Source: Candidatus Bathyarchaeota archaeon (GTDB taxonomy: Archaea; Thermoproteota; Bathyarchaeia; 40CM-2-53-6). Taken from it: a stretch of 40,833 nucleotides of DNA. Position numbers and translations under genes: made by a program. The notes under the pieces are model-generated. The model was not told the origin of the DNA. It searched no databases and worked only from the letters and a program-made list of their open reading frames with translations. Shown here piece by piece: positions 1 through 8,572 of the stretch. Every line of letters starts with the position of its first letter. The first letter of the stretch is position 1. Location of the stretch: contig VBAY01000033.1 of the NCBI GenBank assembly GCA_005883085.1, positions 1-40,833 on the forward strand, given 5' to 3'.

Positions 1-962
1 TTCTTCTTCAATCCCTCGATCAAGTGGTCTGTGATCTTGAGGACTCGGTGGGATCTTTCTGTCTGGTCGTGTTTCAACGCGAATTCGAGGGCTGCTTTGG
101 CGCCTACGATCGATATTACTCCCCAGCTTCCACCTTCAAACATTGTCGCGTCTGGCGCGGGTATCGTCTCTTCGATGTTGAACGGCTTTCCGAACAGATC
201 TTGTTGGCTCGTGAGCCTCCTTACAACCGAGTCTTGGACTCCATGCCAGCCGATATAGTTCGGGTCAAGCTCCTTCATTCTATCGCGTTTAGTGTAGACG
301 TAAGCTGCCCCGTGGGGTCCTTGCATCCACTTGTACATTCCACATACTAGCGCGTCGACTCCGTCTTGCCGAGCATCTATTGGAAAGACGCCTAGAGCGT
401 GGAACGAGTCAGCGATGACAAACGCACCATGTTCGTGCGCGATCTTTGTGATCTCTCGAATTTTCTCTCGACAGCCGTTGGTCCAGGAGACGTAGTCGAC
501 TGAGACGATCGAGGTGTCGTCGTCGATTGCTTTCTCCCACTGTTCGAGTGGGATGGTGCCGTTATTGTCGCGGTGGAGCAGGCGGACGTCCTTGGCTCGT
601 CCGTGTTTTTTCTGGAGGTGCCACAAGTAGATGTTGGTTGGAAAGTTGAGTTCGCTGATAACGATGTTGCCTTTTGGTTTGTAGTTGATGCTGCTGGCCA
701 GGCTGATGAGCGCGCTGGTGACGTTTGGGACGGACGCTATCTCGTCGAGGGGGACTCCACCGATCATCTTTCCAAATTGCCGGCGTGATTCGATGATGAG
801 TGGCAGCCATTCTTCCCAGTTCTCGCCATACTCTCGCCAGTCAGCCATGAACTCGTTAATCGCGTTGAGCACCGGTATGGACGGCGGACCAGTTCCTGCA
901 TTATCAAAGTAGGCGCGTCGGGAGGTGACGGGTATCTGTTTTCTTACAAGGTCGATATTCAA
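1..962 (-). CDS. PLP-dependent class V aminotransferase / cysteine desulfurase-like enzyme (3' end runs off the window)
   Basis: Absent from the ORF track because it is edge-truncated. My reverse-strand translation from TTG at 962 reads MNIDLVRKQIPVTSRRAYFDNAGTGPPSIPVLNAINEF...HGAFVIADSFHALGVFPIDARQDGVDALVCGMYKWMQGPHGAAY and stays open to position 1. It has the YFDNAGTG N-terminal motif and the YKW..GP PLP-lysine segment typical of class V fold-type I enzymes. An in-frame TGA lies just upstream of the TTG. Confidence 0.7.
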   Translation of the reverse strand, partial: MNIDLVRKQIPVTSRRAYFDNAGTGPPSIPVLNAINEFMADWREYGENWEEWLPLIIESRRQFGKMIGGVPLDEIASVPNVTSALISLASSINYKPKGNIVISELNFPTNIYLWHLQKKHGRAKDVRLLHRDNNGTIPLEQWEKAIDDDTSIVSVDYVSWTNGCREKIREITKIAHEHGAFVIADSFHALGVFPIDARQDGVDALVCGMYKWMQGPHGAAYVYTKRDRMKELDPNYIGWHGVQDSVVRRLTSQQDLFGKPFNIEETIPAPDATMFEGGSWGVISIVGAKAALEFALKHDQTERSHRVLKITDHLIEGLKK

Positions 963-1017
963 AGAGACACCGAGATTTGTCGAAGTTCATTTGGCCAGGC
1001 TGAGTATAAAGGAAATG

Positions 1018-1296
1018 CTAGGCGGTGTGGAAGCGCTGGACGCCTGTTTCGGCGATGCAGTTCTTGCACCAGAACTGGTTTCTTTCGGGGCTGTATTGGG
1101 CGTGGCTGTCGGTTACTATGCTTCCGCAGTTTCCACATCGGACGATGAAGACTTTACGCATCTTGTGATGTGAAAGGTCTTTCTTGTGTCGTTCCACGTC
1201 GCCGTCCCCTGGTTCTAGGACCATGTTGCAATTTTCACAGTAGTAGATTGTTTCGAGGATTGCCTTGTCGCGTTCGTCTACCCAGTTCTCAGCCAT
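1018..1296 (-). CDS. small zinc-ribbon protein (hypothetical)
   Basis: 92-aa ORF with three CxxC pairs (CENC, CGNC, CKNC). It sits directly upstream of, and co-directional with, the aminotransferase. No recognisable family. Confidence 0.5.
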   Translation of the reverse strand: MAENWVDERDKAILETIYYCENCNMVLEPGDGDVERHKKDLSHHKMRKVFIVRCGNCGSIVTDSHAQYSPERNQFWCKNCIAETGVQRFHTA

Positions 1297-1542
1297 GGCC
1301 GCGATCGTCCTCCTTAATAGAAGTGGTTTGATCGTGCTTGTTTTCGCCGTTCTACTCTAGATGCTTCCTTCCCTGTTTATATAGAATCCACGATGGAGGA
1401 ATCAGGTTTCTAGCGGCCGAGATTGCTCGATTCGTTGCCGTTCTGGCGCAATTTTGGCTAGGAATTTATGGTCGCTCTTATCGCGAAGCAAGGTTCACAA
1501 TACCCGTTCGTAGGTATAGAGGGAAACTAGGAGTCGGGGAAA

Positions 1543-2631
1543 GTGGGTCTTCCAGAGAAGATTAAGCAGATCGAGGAGGAGATGAAGAAGACCCAGATCA
1601 ACAAAAAAACCGAACACCACCTTGGGCTTCTCAAGGCTAAACTCGCCCGCCTGCGCGAAGAGCTGGAAACTTCAACCTCGAAAGGTGGAGGCCCGGCTTT
1701 CGAGATCCGCAAGGGTGGAGATGCAACGGTTGTTCTCATCGGCCTGCCTAGCGTTGGCAAGTCGACCATTCTGAACCGGTTGACGAATGCGAAGTCGAAA
1801 GTCGCAGCATACGCCTTCACAACTCTCACGGTTGTTCCGGGGATTCTGCGTCTCAATGGAGCTGACATTCAGATTCTGGATCTTCCAGGAATCATCAGTG
1901 GCGCGTCTTCGGGACGGGGCAGGGGAAGGAGAGTTCTCTCCGTCGCACGAAACGCGGACCTGGTCCTGCTGGTCTTGGACGTGTTTCAACCGGGGCAGGT
2001 GCAGTTGTTGAAGAATGAGCTTCATGCGATGGGTATTCGGATCGACCAGAAACCTCCTGACGTGATTGTCACGAGGGGGAGTAAGGGAGGCCTAGCTCTG
2101 ACCACGAGTGTCAAGCTTACGAAACTAACTCCGGCAACCGTCAAGGGAATAGTCGAAGCGTACGGGATTAGTAATGGCGGCATTTTGGTACGAGAAGATG
2201 TCACAGATGAACAATTGATTGATGTCTTGACCGGAAACCGGAGATATGCTCGCTCGTTAGTTGTTCTGAACAAGGTGGACCTAGTGAATGAGCAATATCT
2301 TGCGGCTGCGAAGAAACAGATGGGGAGCGATTTCGTGCCCATATCCGCCGAGAAGGGATTGAACATGGACCTTCTCGCCGAAAAAATCTGGGACACCCTC
2401 AATTTCATCCGAATCTATCTGAAGCGTCCTGACGGTGATGCAGACTTCGAGAAACCTCTGATTCTTCCAGCTGGCTCGACTTTGCGGGATGTTTGCAAAA
2501 AGATAAGCCCCAGATTTGTCGAGGGGGCCAAGTACGCTTTTGTTTCAGGGTCCAGTGTAAAATTCACTGGTCAGCGCGTGAGTCTTGACCATATTCCGGC
2601 TGACAAGGATGTCGTCACCATCATGCGTTAA
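1543..2631 (+). CDS. DRG/OBG-family GTP-binding protein with C-terminal TGS domain
   Basis: GTG start. N-terminus MGLPEKIKQIEEEMKKTQINKKTEHHLGLLKAKLARL is typical of DRG. Motifs present: G1 GLPSVGKST, G3 DLPG, G4 NKVD. Length 362 aa. Confidence 0.9.
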   Translation: MGLPEKIKQIEEEMKKTQINKKTEHHLGLLKAKLARLREELETSTSKGGGPAFEIRKGGDATVVLIGLPSVGKSTILNRLTNAKSKVAAYAFTTLTVVPGILRLNGADIQILDLPGIISGASSGRGRGRRVLSVARNADLVLLVLDVFQPGQVQLLKNELHAMGIRIDQKPPDVIVTRGSKGGLALTTSVKLTKLTPATVKGIVEAYGISNGGILVREDVTDEQLIDVLTGNRRYARSLVVLNKVDLVNEQYLAAAKKQMGSDFVPISAEKGLNMDLLAEKIWDTLNFIRIYLKRPDGDADFEKPLILPAGSTLRDVCKKISPRFVEGAKYAFVSGSSVKFTGQRVSLDHIPADKDVVTIMR

Positions 2632-2645
2632 GCTGAGCGAGAGAC

Positions 2646-4043
2646 TCAGCGACCAAGACTGAATTCTTCGTGAATCGCCCTCACCGCATCTGGGCCTTCG
2701 TCGTGAGATACTACGAAGGAAACGTTGTACTCGGAGGAGCCTTGCGCGACCATACGGACATTCACTTTTCGTTTCGCGACCGCCGTAAATATTCTAGCAG
2801 CCACTCCTGGGGTTCCCTTCATTCCGGATCCAACGACAGCAATGATGCAGGCATCCTTCGCATCGGCTATTCTATCCACAAATCCCTGCCCCATCAACGC
2901 CAATTGAAGAGCCCTAACGGCGCGATCAACGTCTCTATTCGCAACAACACATGATATAGTGGCTTCAGAAGAACCCTGAGATATCATCATCACGTTGACA
3001 TTGTTTGAACCGAGTGTCTGGAAGACTTTTGCAGCTACTCCGGGAGCGCCCATCATCCCGCTCCCGCTTACGGTCACTATGCCTACGTCCCTGATGATTG
3101 AAACAGCTTTCACCACCTTGCCTCCATTATGAGACTCAGTGGCTGACACGAGAGTCCCATTCTGACTTGGGTGGGACGAGTTCCTGATCCGAACCGGGAT
3201 TTTCTTCTGTTCTGCAGGCTGCAGCGCCCGAGGATGCATCATCTTGGCTCCGAAATAGGACAATTCTAGCGCCTCACCGAACGAAATGCTCGGGAGAAGA
3301 ACGGCGTCCTTGACGATTCTAGGGTCGGCGGTCATTAACCCGTCCACGTCAGTCCATATCCATATCTCGTCTGCTCCCAATGCAGCCGCTAGCAGTGTGG
3401 CGGTGTAGTCAGATCCTCCTCGTCCTAGGGTTGTAATGCTTCCGTCGACTGTGGCAGCAATGAACCCTGTTACCACCGGAATCACTTTGCGACTCCAAAA
3501 AGGGTCCAGCCGTTGCTGGACTTGGTGGTAGCTGATCTCTATGAGGGGCTTTGCCTCTCCGAAATTGTCATCTGTTGCAATCCCGGCTTCAGCACCAGTT
3601 AGTGCCTGGCTTCTTAGGCCGATCGTCGAAAGTGTCGCTGCGAGAATCGGAGCGGACAGTCTCTCGCCGAAGGAGAGTAGATAGTCGCGGCTCCGGGACG
3701 TAAGTTCTCTGAGGTGCGCAATTCCCTCTACTGTCCGCTCAAGTTCGGAGTTGAGCTGTTCTATTTTTGCTAGGAGTTCTCTGGTCTCTTTCCTACCCGC
3801 AACCATGCGTGCGATCTTGAGATGGGATAGTTGAATCTTGGAGAGGAGTTTTCTTGCTCGTCGTAGATCTCCTTTCTTCGCGAGTTCCGCGGTCTCGGTG
3901 AGTTGGTCTGTTGTATCTCCAATCGCAGAGGCTACAACAACAACCTTGTTCTTGGGAGAGTATCGTTGGATTATTATTGCTGCATTCTTCATTCTTGCGG
4001 CGTTTGCGAGCGATGTGCCTCCGAACTTCATAACGAGCTTCAA
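2646..4043 (-). CDS. lysC: aspartate kinase
   Basis: MKFGGTSLANA kinase N-terminus, GRGGSDYTA motif, and two C-terminal ACT-like repeats (VTVSGSGM.., IAVVGSGMKG..). Last gene of the thr cluster. Confidence 0.9.
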   Translation of the reverse strand: MKLVMKFGGTSLANAARMKNAAIIIQRYSPKNKVVVVASAIGDTTDQLTETAELAKKGDLRRARKLLSKIQLSHLKIARMVAGRKETRELLAKIEQLNSELERTVEGIAHLRELTSRSRDYLLSFGERLSAPILAATLSTIGLRSQALTGAEAGIATDDNFGEAKPLIEISYHQVQQRLDPFWSRKVIPVVTGFIAATVDGSITTLGRGGSDYTATLLAAALGADEIWIWTDVDGLMTADPRIVKDAVLLPSISFGEALELSYFGAKMMHPRALQPAEQKKIPVRIRNSSHPSQNGTLVSATESHNGGKVVKAVSIIRDVGIVTVSGSGMMGAPGVAAKVFQTLGSNNVNVMMISQGSSEATISCVVANRDVDRAVRALQLALMGQGFVDRIADAKDACIIAVVGSGMKGTPGVAARIFTAVAKRKVNVRMVAQGSSEYNVSFVVSHDEGPDAVRAIHEEFSLGR

Positions 4044-4053
4044 TATTGTTCCT

Positions 4054-5070
4054 CTATGCCGCGTATTCTTGGCGTATACTGACGAGGTCTCGAACTATTG
4101 CGCTAGCCGTTCTCTCGCCTCCGGCGCCAGGCCCGATGAGGGTTATGTCACCGGCGTGCTCCGTCGAGAATGTGAGCGCATTCAGGGTGTCTGGAACGCA
4201 TGTGGGGTCCTCGGTGGGAACTTCTTCTGGAGCTACGGAGGCGGAAGATTCTTCGATTCTGCCAAGAAGTTTGATTTTGGCCCCTGAGGCTTTGGCTTGT
4301 TTGAGTTTCTGCGGTGTGACCTTAGTGATGCCCGTTATGTCCAGGTTTCGAAGACTGTACCTTTTTTTCAGAACCCAGTTTGCGATTATTACGATCTTCG
4401 CGGCGGTATCAAATCCTTCGACGTCATTTGTAGGATCTTTTTCCGCATACCCTTTCTTCTGTGCCTCTGCCAGAGCTTTCTCGAAAGTCAGGGAAGCAGT
4501 TTCCATTCTAGTAAGGATATAATTTGTTGTTCCGTTGAGGATCCCTCTAACTCGTACGATTCTCTCTCCAGGCATACATTTGGCAGCGAAATCGAGGAAT
4601 GGCGTTCCTCCACCTACTGTTCCGCTGAAACGAAGCTGTCGGTGGCGGTGATTGGCTAGTTCGAGCAGCGCGGGCATTGCCAGTGCCAGAGGGCCCTTGT
4701 TCGCTGTGACCACGTGCTTTCCGCTGGCGAGCGCAGTTTTGATATTGGAGAGCCCGGGTTCTGCGTCTTTGAAGTTGCTGGGCGTTGTCTCAACAACAAC
4801 TTCCGCTTCACTGTTAGAGATTATGTGAGCGCTATCGCTGTTCCGGCGGCCCTTTCGTGGATACTTGCCGATCGTTCCATATTCTTTCTTTGTTTTCAGT
4901 GCTAGCGAGATGTCGAGGCCTGCGTCGTCGGAGCAGGACCCTTGACTGTCGACAATGGTGGTAACTTGAGGACGGAATCCGTAAGCTTGCACGATTCGGT
5001 CCGCGTCTTGTTGAAGAACCTCTGCGAGAGCTTGGCCGACGGTTCCGAAGCCGGCCAGTATGATTCTCAA
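4054..5070 (-). CDS. hom: homoserine dehydrogenase
   Basis: N-terminal Rossmann motif ILAGFGTVGQAL, plus the GILNGTTNYILT and EADP..DVEG.D homoserine dehydrogenase signatures. Its start overlaps the thrC stop by 4 nt. Confidence 0.9.
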   Translation of the reverse strand: MRIILAGFGTVGQALAEVLQQDADRIVQAYGFRPQVTTIVDSQGSCSDDAGLDISLALKTKKEYGTIGKYPRKGRRNSDSAHIISNSEAEVVVETTPSNFKDAEPGLSNIKTALASGKHVVTANKGPLALAMPALLELANHRHRQLRFSGTVGGGTPFLDFAAKCMPGERIVRVRGILNGTTNYILTRMETASLTFEKALAEAQKKGYAEKDPTNDVEGFDTAAKIVIIANWVLKKRYSLRNLDITGITKVTPQKLKQAKASGAKIKLLGRIEESSASVAPEEVPTEDPTCVPDTLNALTFSTEHAGDITLIGPGAGGERTASAIVRDLVSIRQEYAA

Positions 5071-6296
5071 AGGACCCGCTCGAGGGTGTCTAGGCTAGTT
5101 CGGTCAGTAATTTCGAGGTTGTAACCAGTCTGGGATTTGGACAGGCGGTCCAGAATCGAGGGGTCTTTCAGACCATGGCCTGTCGTCACGCACACAATGG
5201 CTTCCGATGGATCGACCCTCCTGTTCGCCTTGAGCTTCTTTAGTCCCGCGATGGAGGCGGCGCTTGCTGGTTCTACAAAAATTCCCTCGAGGGTTGCAAG
5301 TTGTCTCTGAGCCTCGAGGATTTCAGAATCGGTTACTGTTTCGGCAGTTCCCTTCGATTCTTTTATGGCCTTGAGGACTTTGGGCCAGTTTACTGGAGAT
5401 CCTATCCTGATTGCGGTCGCGATTGTTTGCGGATTGTGAACTGGGCGAATCTTGTTCTCTCTTCTTTTCACAGCTTTCGCGATCGGTGAGGCCTTCTCTG
5501 CCTGAATCCCGATCATTCGGGGCCTCGTCTTTGCGATCGATAGTTGTTGGAACTCGGTGAAGCCTTTCCAAGCGGCGCTGATGTTGCCTCCATTTCCGAC
5601 AGGCAGTATTACAGTGTCGGGTGTTTTCGAGTCAAGCTGGTCAGAGATCTCGAAGGCAAGGGTCTTTTGTCCTTCGAGTCTGTATGGGTTGAGGGAATTC
5701 ATCAAGTAGAGTTCTCTCCTCCGTTTCGTTAGCTCCAGAGCTGTTACGAAGGCTTGATCAAAGTCTCCCTTGACCTGAATTATCTTGGCTCCATGCATTG
5801 TAACTTGGAGCATCTTGCCACCTGCGACCTTTCCCTTCGGGACGAGAACTATGCATTCCATGCCAGCTCGCGCCGAGTAAGCAGCTAGCGAAGCCGCCGT
5901 GTTCCCGGTTGACGCGCAGAGAACTTTCTTCTTTCCGAGCTCCTTCGCTTTTGAGATTGCAACTGTCATTCCTCGGTCTTTGAAAGAGCCAGTTGGGTTT
6001 TCACCTTCGTTCTTGACATAGAGTTTCTGGAGGCCGAGTTCGCGTCCAAGGCGCCTGCACCTATGGAGCCCTGTTCCTCCTTCAGCGAGGCTCACAATAG
6101 ATTCTTCATTTTCGATGGGGAGGATCTCTCTGTACTTCCACACTGAGAGTTGTCTGTGGTCCCAAGCTGGTTTCTTCTTTCCCTTGAGATCGAACTTTAC
6201 TTCTAGTAGTCCACCGCAGATCGTGCACCGGAAATCGGCTTCACTGGCCGCGGGTTCTCTTTGACAGTCGAAGCACTGGAGCTTGTGGTGCAACAA
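5067..6296 (-). CDS. thrC: threonine synthase (with N-terminal zinc ribbon)
   Basis: PLP-lysine motif NPTGSFKDRGM and TGNTAASLAAY. N-terminal CFDC...CTICGG zinc ribbon as in archaeal-type ThrC. Confidence 0.9.
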   Translation of the reverse strand: MLHHKLQCFDCQREPAASEADFRCTICGGLLEVKFDLKGKKKPAWDHRQLSVWKYREILPIENEESIVSLAEGGTGLHRCRRLGRELGLQKLYVKNEGENPTGSFKDRGMTVAISKAKELGKKKVLCASTGNTAASLAAYSARAGMECIVLVPKGKVAGGKMLQVTMHGAKIIQVKGDFDQAFVTALELTKRRRELYLMNSLNPYRLEGQKTLAFEISDQLDSKTPDTVILPVGNGGNISAAWKGFTEFQQLSIAKTRPRMIGIQAEKASPIAKAVKRRENKIRPVHNPQTIATAIRIGSPVNWPKVLKAIKESKGTAETVTDSEILEAQRQLATLEGIFVEPASAASIAGLKKLKANRRVDPSEAIVCVTTGHGLKDPSILDRLSKSQTGYNLEITDRTSLDTLERVL

Positions 6297-6301
6297 TTGG
6301 A

Positions 6302-7252
6302 CTAGTTGCCCCTGATGATGCGGGCTCCGCCGGCCGGGCTAGTTACGAAGAAAGTGGATTCAACGTTATTCTTCGAGAATTCTTTCACCATTACTCTTCC
6401 GATCTTCTTGGGGTCCTGCTTGGTTTTGTCGACGAATGCAACTACACTGGGACCCGCACCGCTGATCGCGGCCCCGCTTGCATGTGCGCTAAGCGCTGCC
6501 TTCTTGACCATTTTGTAGCCCGGGACAAGTTTCTCTCTTCGGGGTTCTGCAATTGCATCTTCCATTCCGCTCCCGATCAGTTCGATATCTCCTCTTGCAA
6601 AGCCTAGGGCGATGGCTGATGCTCGTCCGATATTGAGAACCGCCTCCTTGACCCCGATCGTCTTCGGAACCAACTTCCTAGCGAGGCTTGTTTTGTTTTT
6701 TGGAAGCCGAATATTCGGGGAGACGACAACAACGGAGAGCTTGGCTGGCGCTCTTGTGGAGATGGTTCTCAAAGGGTCCCCGTAAGCTATTACGAATCCC
6801 CCGAGCAAGGATGCGCTTACGTTGTCTGTATGGGCTGACCCTGAAGAAGCGGCCTCTCCGAGACTGGCAATCTTGACCAATTCATCGGGGGGAAGATGGA
6901 GCTCTAGGAGGTGGTTCATTGCGTGCGTGCATGCTGCGGCCGTTGCGCCGCTGCTGCCAAGACCTAGACCGGGCGGAATATTCTTCTCGATAGTTATCTC
7001 AACACCGTTGTCCAGTCTGCTCCTATCAAGTAATGCTCGGGCTGGGGGACCAGCAGAATTCTTGTCGGGGGAAATCGGCAGCCCCCTGCCGTAGGGTCCT
7101 AGGATCATGATCTTGACAATTCGTGTTCTCGCAGTTTTGACCTGAACTCGGTCGGCATATTTGCCGAGTGCTAGTCCGAAAGCGTCGAATCCGGCTCCAA
7201 GATTGGCTGTGGAACAGTACGCCTCGACCTTCACTGCTTTGTCAGGGATCAA
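6302..7252 (-). CDS. thrB: homoserine kinase
   Basis: GHMP kinase motif PPGLGLGSSGATAAA. TTG start. First gene of thrB-thrC-hom-lysC. Confidence 0.9.
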   Translation of the reverse strand: MIPDKAVKVEAYCSTANLGAGFDAFGLALGKYADRVQVKTARTRIVKIMILGPYGRGLPISPDKNSAGPPARALLDRSRLDNGVEITIEKNIPPGLGLGSSGATAAACTHAMNHLLELHLPPDELVKIASLGEAASSGSAHTDNVSASLLGGFVIAYGDPLRTISTRAPAKLSVVVVSPNIRLPKNKTSLARKLVPKTIGVKEAVLNIGRASAIALGFARGDIELIGSGMEDAIAEPRREKLVPGYKMVKKAALSAHASGAAISGAGPSVVAFVDKTKQDPKKIGRVMVKEFSKNNVESTFFVTSPAGGARIIRGN

Positions 7253-7290
7253 CGGTCGAATTTCTCAACTGAGATTCCGCCTTTCGTTCG

Positions 7291-7297
7291 ATAATAA
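7291..7297 (-). promoter_or_regulatory. TATA-like box (TTATTAT on the minus strand), candidate thr operon promoter
   Basis: AT-only heptamer about 40-45 nt upstream of the thrB TTG start. This spacing fits an archaeal TATA box at about -26 with a short leader. Position-only evidence. Confidence 0.25.
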
Positions 7298-7432
7298 CTG
7301 GCCTCGTACCAATGTCTCAATTTCGGCTGACAGGGAAAGCTTTCAGAATCGCCCATTTTCGGCGATGATCTCGGTTCTAGGAACTCTTCCCTAGATTTCC
7401 TAGCAAATCGTTCTTGACGCCTGCTAGATTCA

Positions 7433-7552
7433 CCTTGGCATCCAAGCCCAGACCACGCCCTGAATCCTGAGACCCGTCCATAATCACCCGCAGATGCCAG
7501 ATATTCAACGGGGGAGGGGGGTCTTAGCGATCGCGCCTCGCGACGCAAGAGT
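7433..7552. repeat. copy A of a two-copy conserved intergenic element (candidate structured ncRNA or DNA-level element)
   Basis: Shares ordered blocks with 23198-23323:
- Hairpin CTTGG-CAT-CCAAG.
- GCCCTGAATC (7456-7465).
- ATGCCAGA (7493-7500).
- G-tract (7515-7520).
- Identical 18-mer CCTCGCGACGCAAGAGTG (7535-7552).
It lies in a 490-bp non-coding gap. Confidence 0.6.
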
Positions 7553-7744
7553 GGCGAAGCTGATACCCCCCAGAATTGGTTTAGGCAGGCATTCGTGGTC
7601 ATGACCAATAGACCATTATCGTGACACATAACTGTGTACTTCTCCGAAAGTCGTTTCGTAGCGAAAGCTGACTTTACAGCCAAGCTCGCATGCTCTACGC
7701 ATGAAACTACAGTATACCCAACCATCCGTTTTTCTTGTAGACGC

Positions 7745-8500
7745 TCAGATCATTTTGAAATCTGTTTGTGGAATGTCCGCTCGTAGAACTGCTCCTGAGC
7801 TTCCGTCCAGAAGCCCGTTATAGCTTCGGCCCTTGTATTCGTAAGTGCTGAACCAGATCGGTGCGTGAATGTACGTCGGCCTATCAACCTTGAAATCGGT
7901 ATCGAAGGACGTTATTTGGTCCACTTCTTGTTTAGCCAAGAACCTCTGGTTCGCCTCGACCTCATCCCTAGCGCGCTGAACTGCCTCCTCAATAGTCATC
8001 TCGCTGTTGAGGAAGTTCGCTCCCGAATCTATTCTCTTGAAATCGAAAGGAATCTTCCCGATATTCGGGATACTGTACTCCCGTGTCGGAAACTGCGCTC
8101 CCTTTCTTCCCAATACTAGCCAATCATAATCTCGGTCGATCACACCCTTTCTAGGCGAAGGCGGTGAAATCCTCTCTAGCACTCCTTCGTAGCTGCTCGC
8201 TGCTTGGACAGGAACCAACCAGAATGGAAGATACCGCAACTCCAACGTCAAAATCTTGCTCTTCTTCGCGAGATCTCCAGGCTTCATGAATCCCTCCCTC
8301 ATCCAGTCGCGAAGAGCGTTTTCGATACTCGCAGCGTTGTTATTGTTGATGATGAGACTGTGTTCTAGCTGGAACGGTTGATCCGCCCCAACAACCGCAG
8401 TATAGCCGCAGTAGCGGCAAGTCGAAACGATCTCTCCAGGGTTAATACTGAGAGGCGCGCCACAATTCTCGCATTCTATTTCCGAAACAATGTCCGCCAC
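7745..8500 (-). CDS. zinc-ribbon protein with duplicated P(F/I)W-containing C-terminal domain (hypothetical)
   Basis: 251 aa. N-terminal CENCG...CRYCG ribbon. Two related segments, RYLPFWLVPV..SSYEG and HAPIWFSTYEYKGRSYNGLLDGSSGAV. Divergent from the HtpX-like gene across only 72 bp. Confidence 0.6.
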   Translation of the reverse strand: MADIVSEIECENCGAPLSINPGEIVSTCRYCGYTAVVGADQPFQLEHSLIINNNNAASIENALRDWMREGFMKPGDLAKKSKILTLELRYLPFWLVPVQAASSYEGVLERISPPSPRKGVIDRDYDWLVLGRKGAQFPTREYSIPNIGKIPFDFKRIDSGANFLNSEMTIEEAVQRARDEVEANQRFLAKQEVDQITSFDTDFKVDRPTYIHAPIWFSTYEYKGRSYNGLLDGSSGAVLRADIPQTDFKMI

Positions 8501-8572
8501 TGTCTCTCCCCGATTGTTCTAGGAATGAATTAATGAAGGCCGAATTAAGCTCTCTAGACCAAGGAAGCTGAA

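Noticed and set aside
3838-4522. Plus-strand ORFs of 149 and 158 aa antisense to lysC and hom. The same applies to 1527..1868, 1672..2025 and 2022..2408 antisense to the DRG gene, and to many short ORFs inside lhr, aglB and the NHL gene.
   Set aside because: The opposite strand encodes full-length proteins with unambiguous family motifs. The antisense translations are Ser/Arg/Pro-rich shadows typical of moderately GC-rich coding DNA.
7249-7725. 158-aa minus-strand ORF filling the gap upstream of thrB
   Set aside because: The translation is Arg/Ser/Gly-rich with no motif. The ORF overlaps the thrB start and spans the conserved non-coding element, whose second copy is not conserved in the same reading frame. 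It is most likely a spurious ORF over non-coding DNA.
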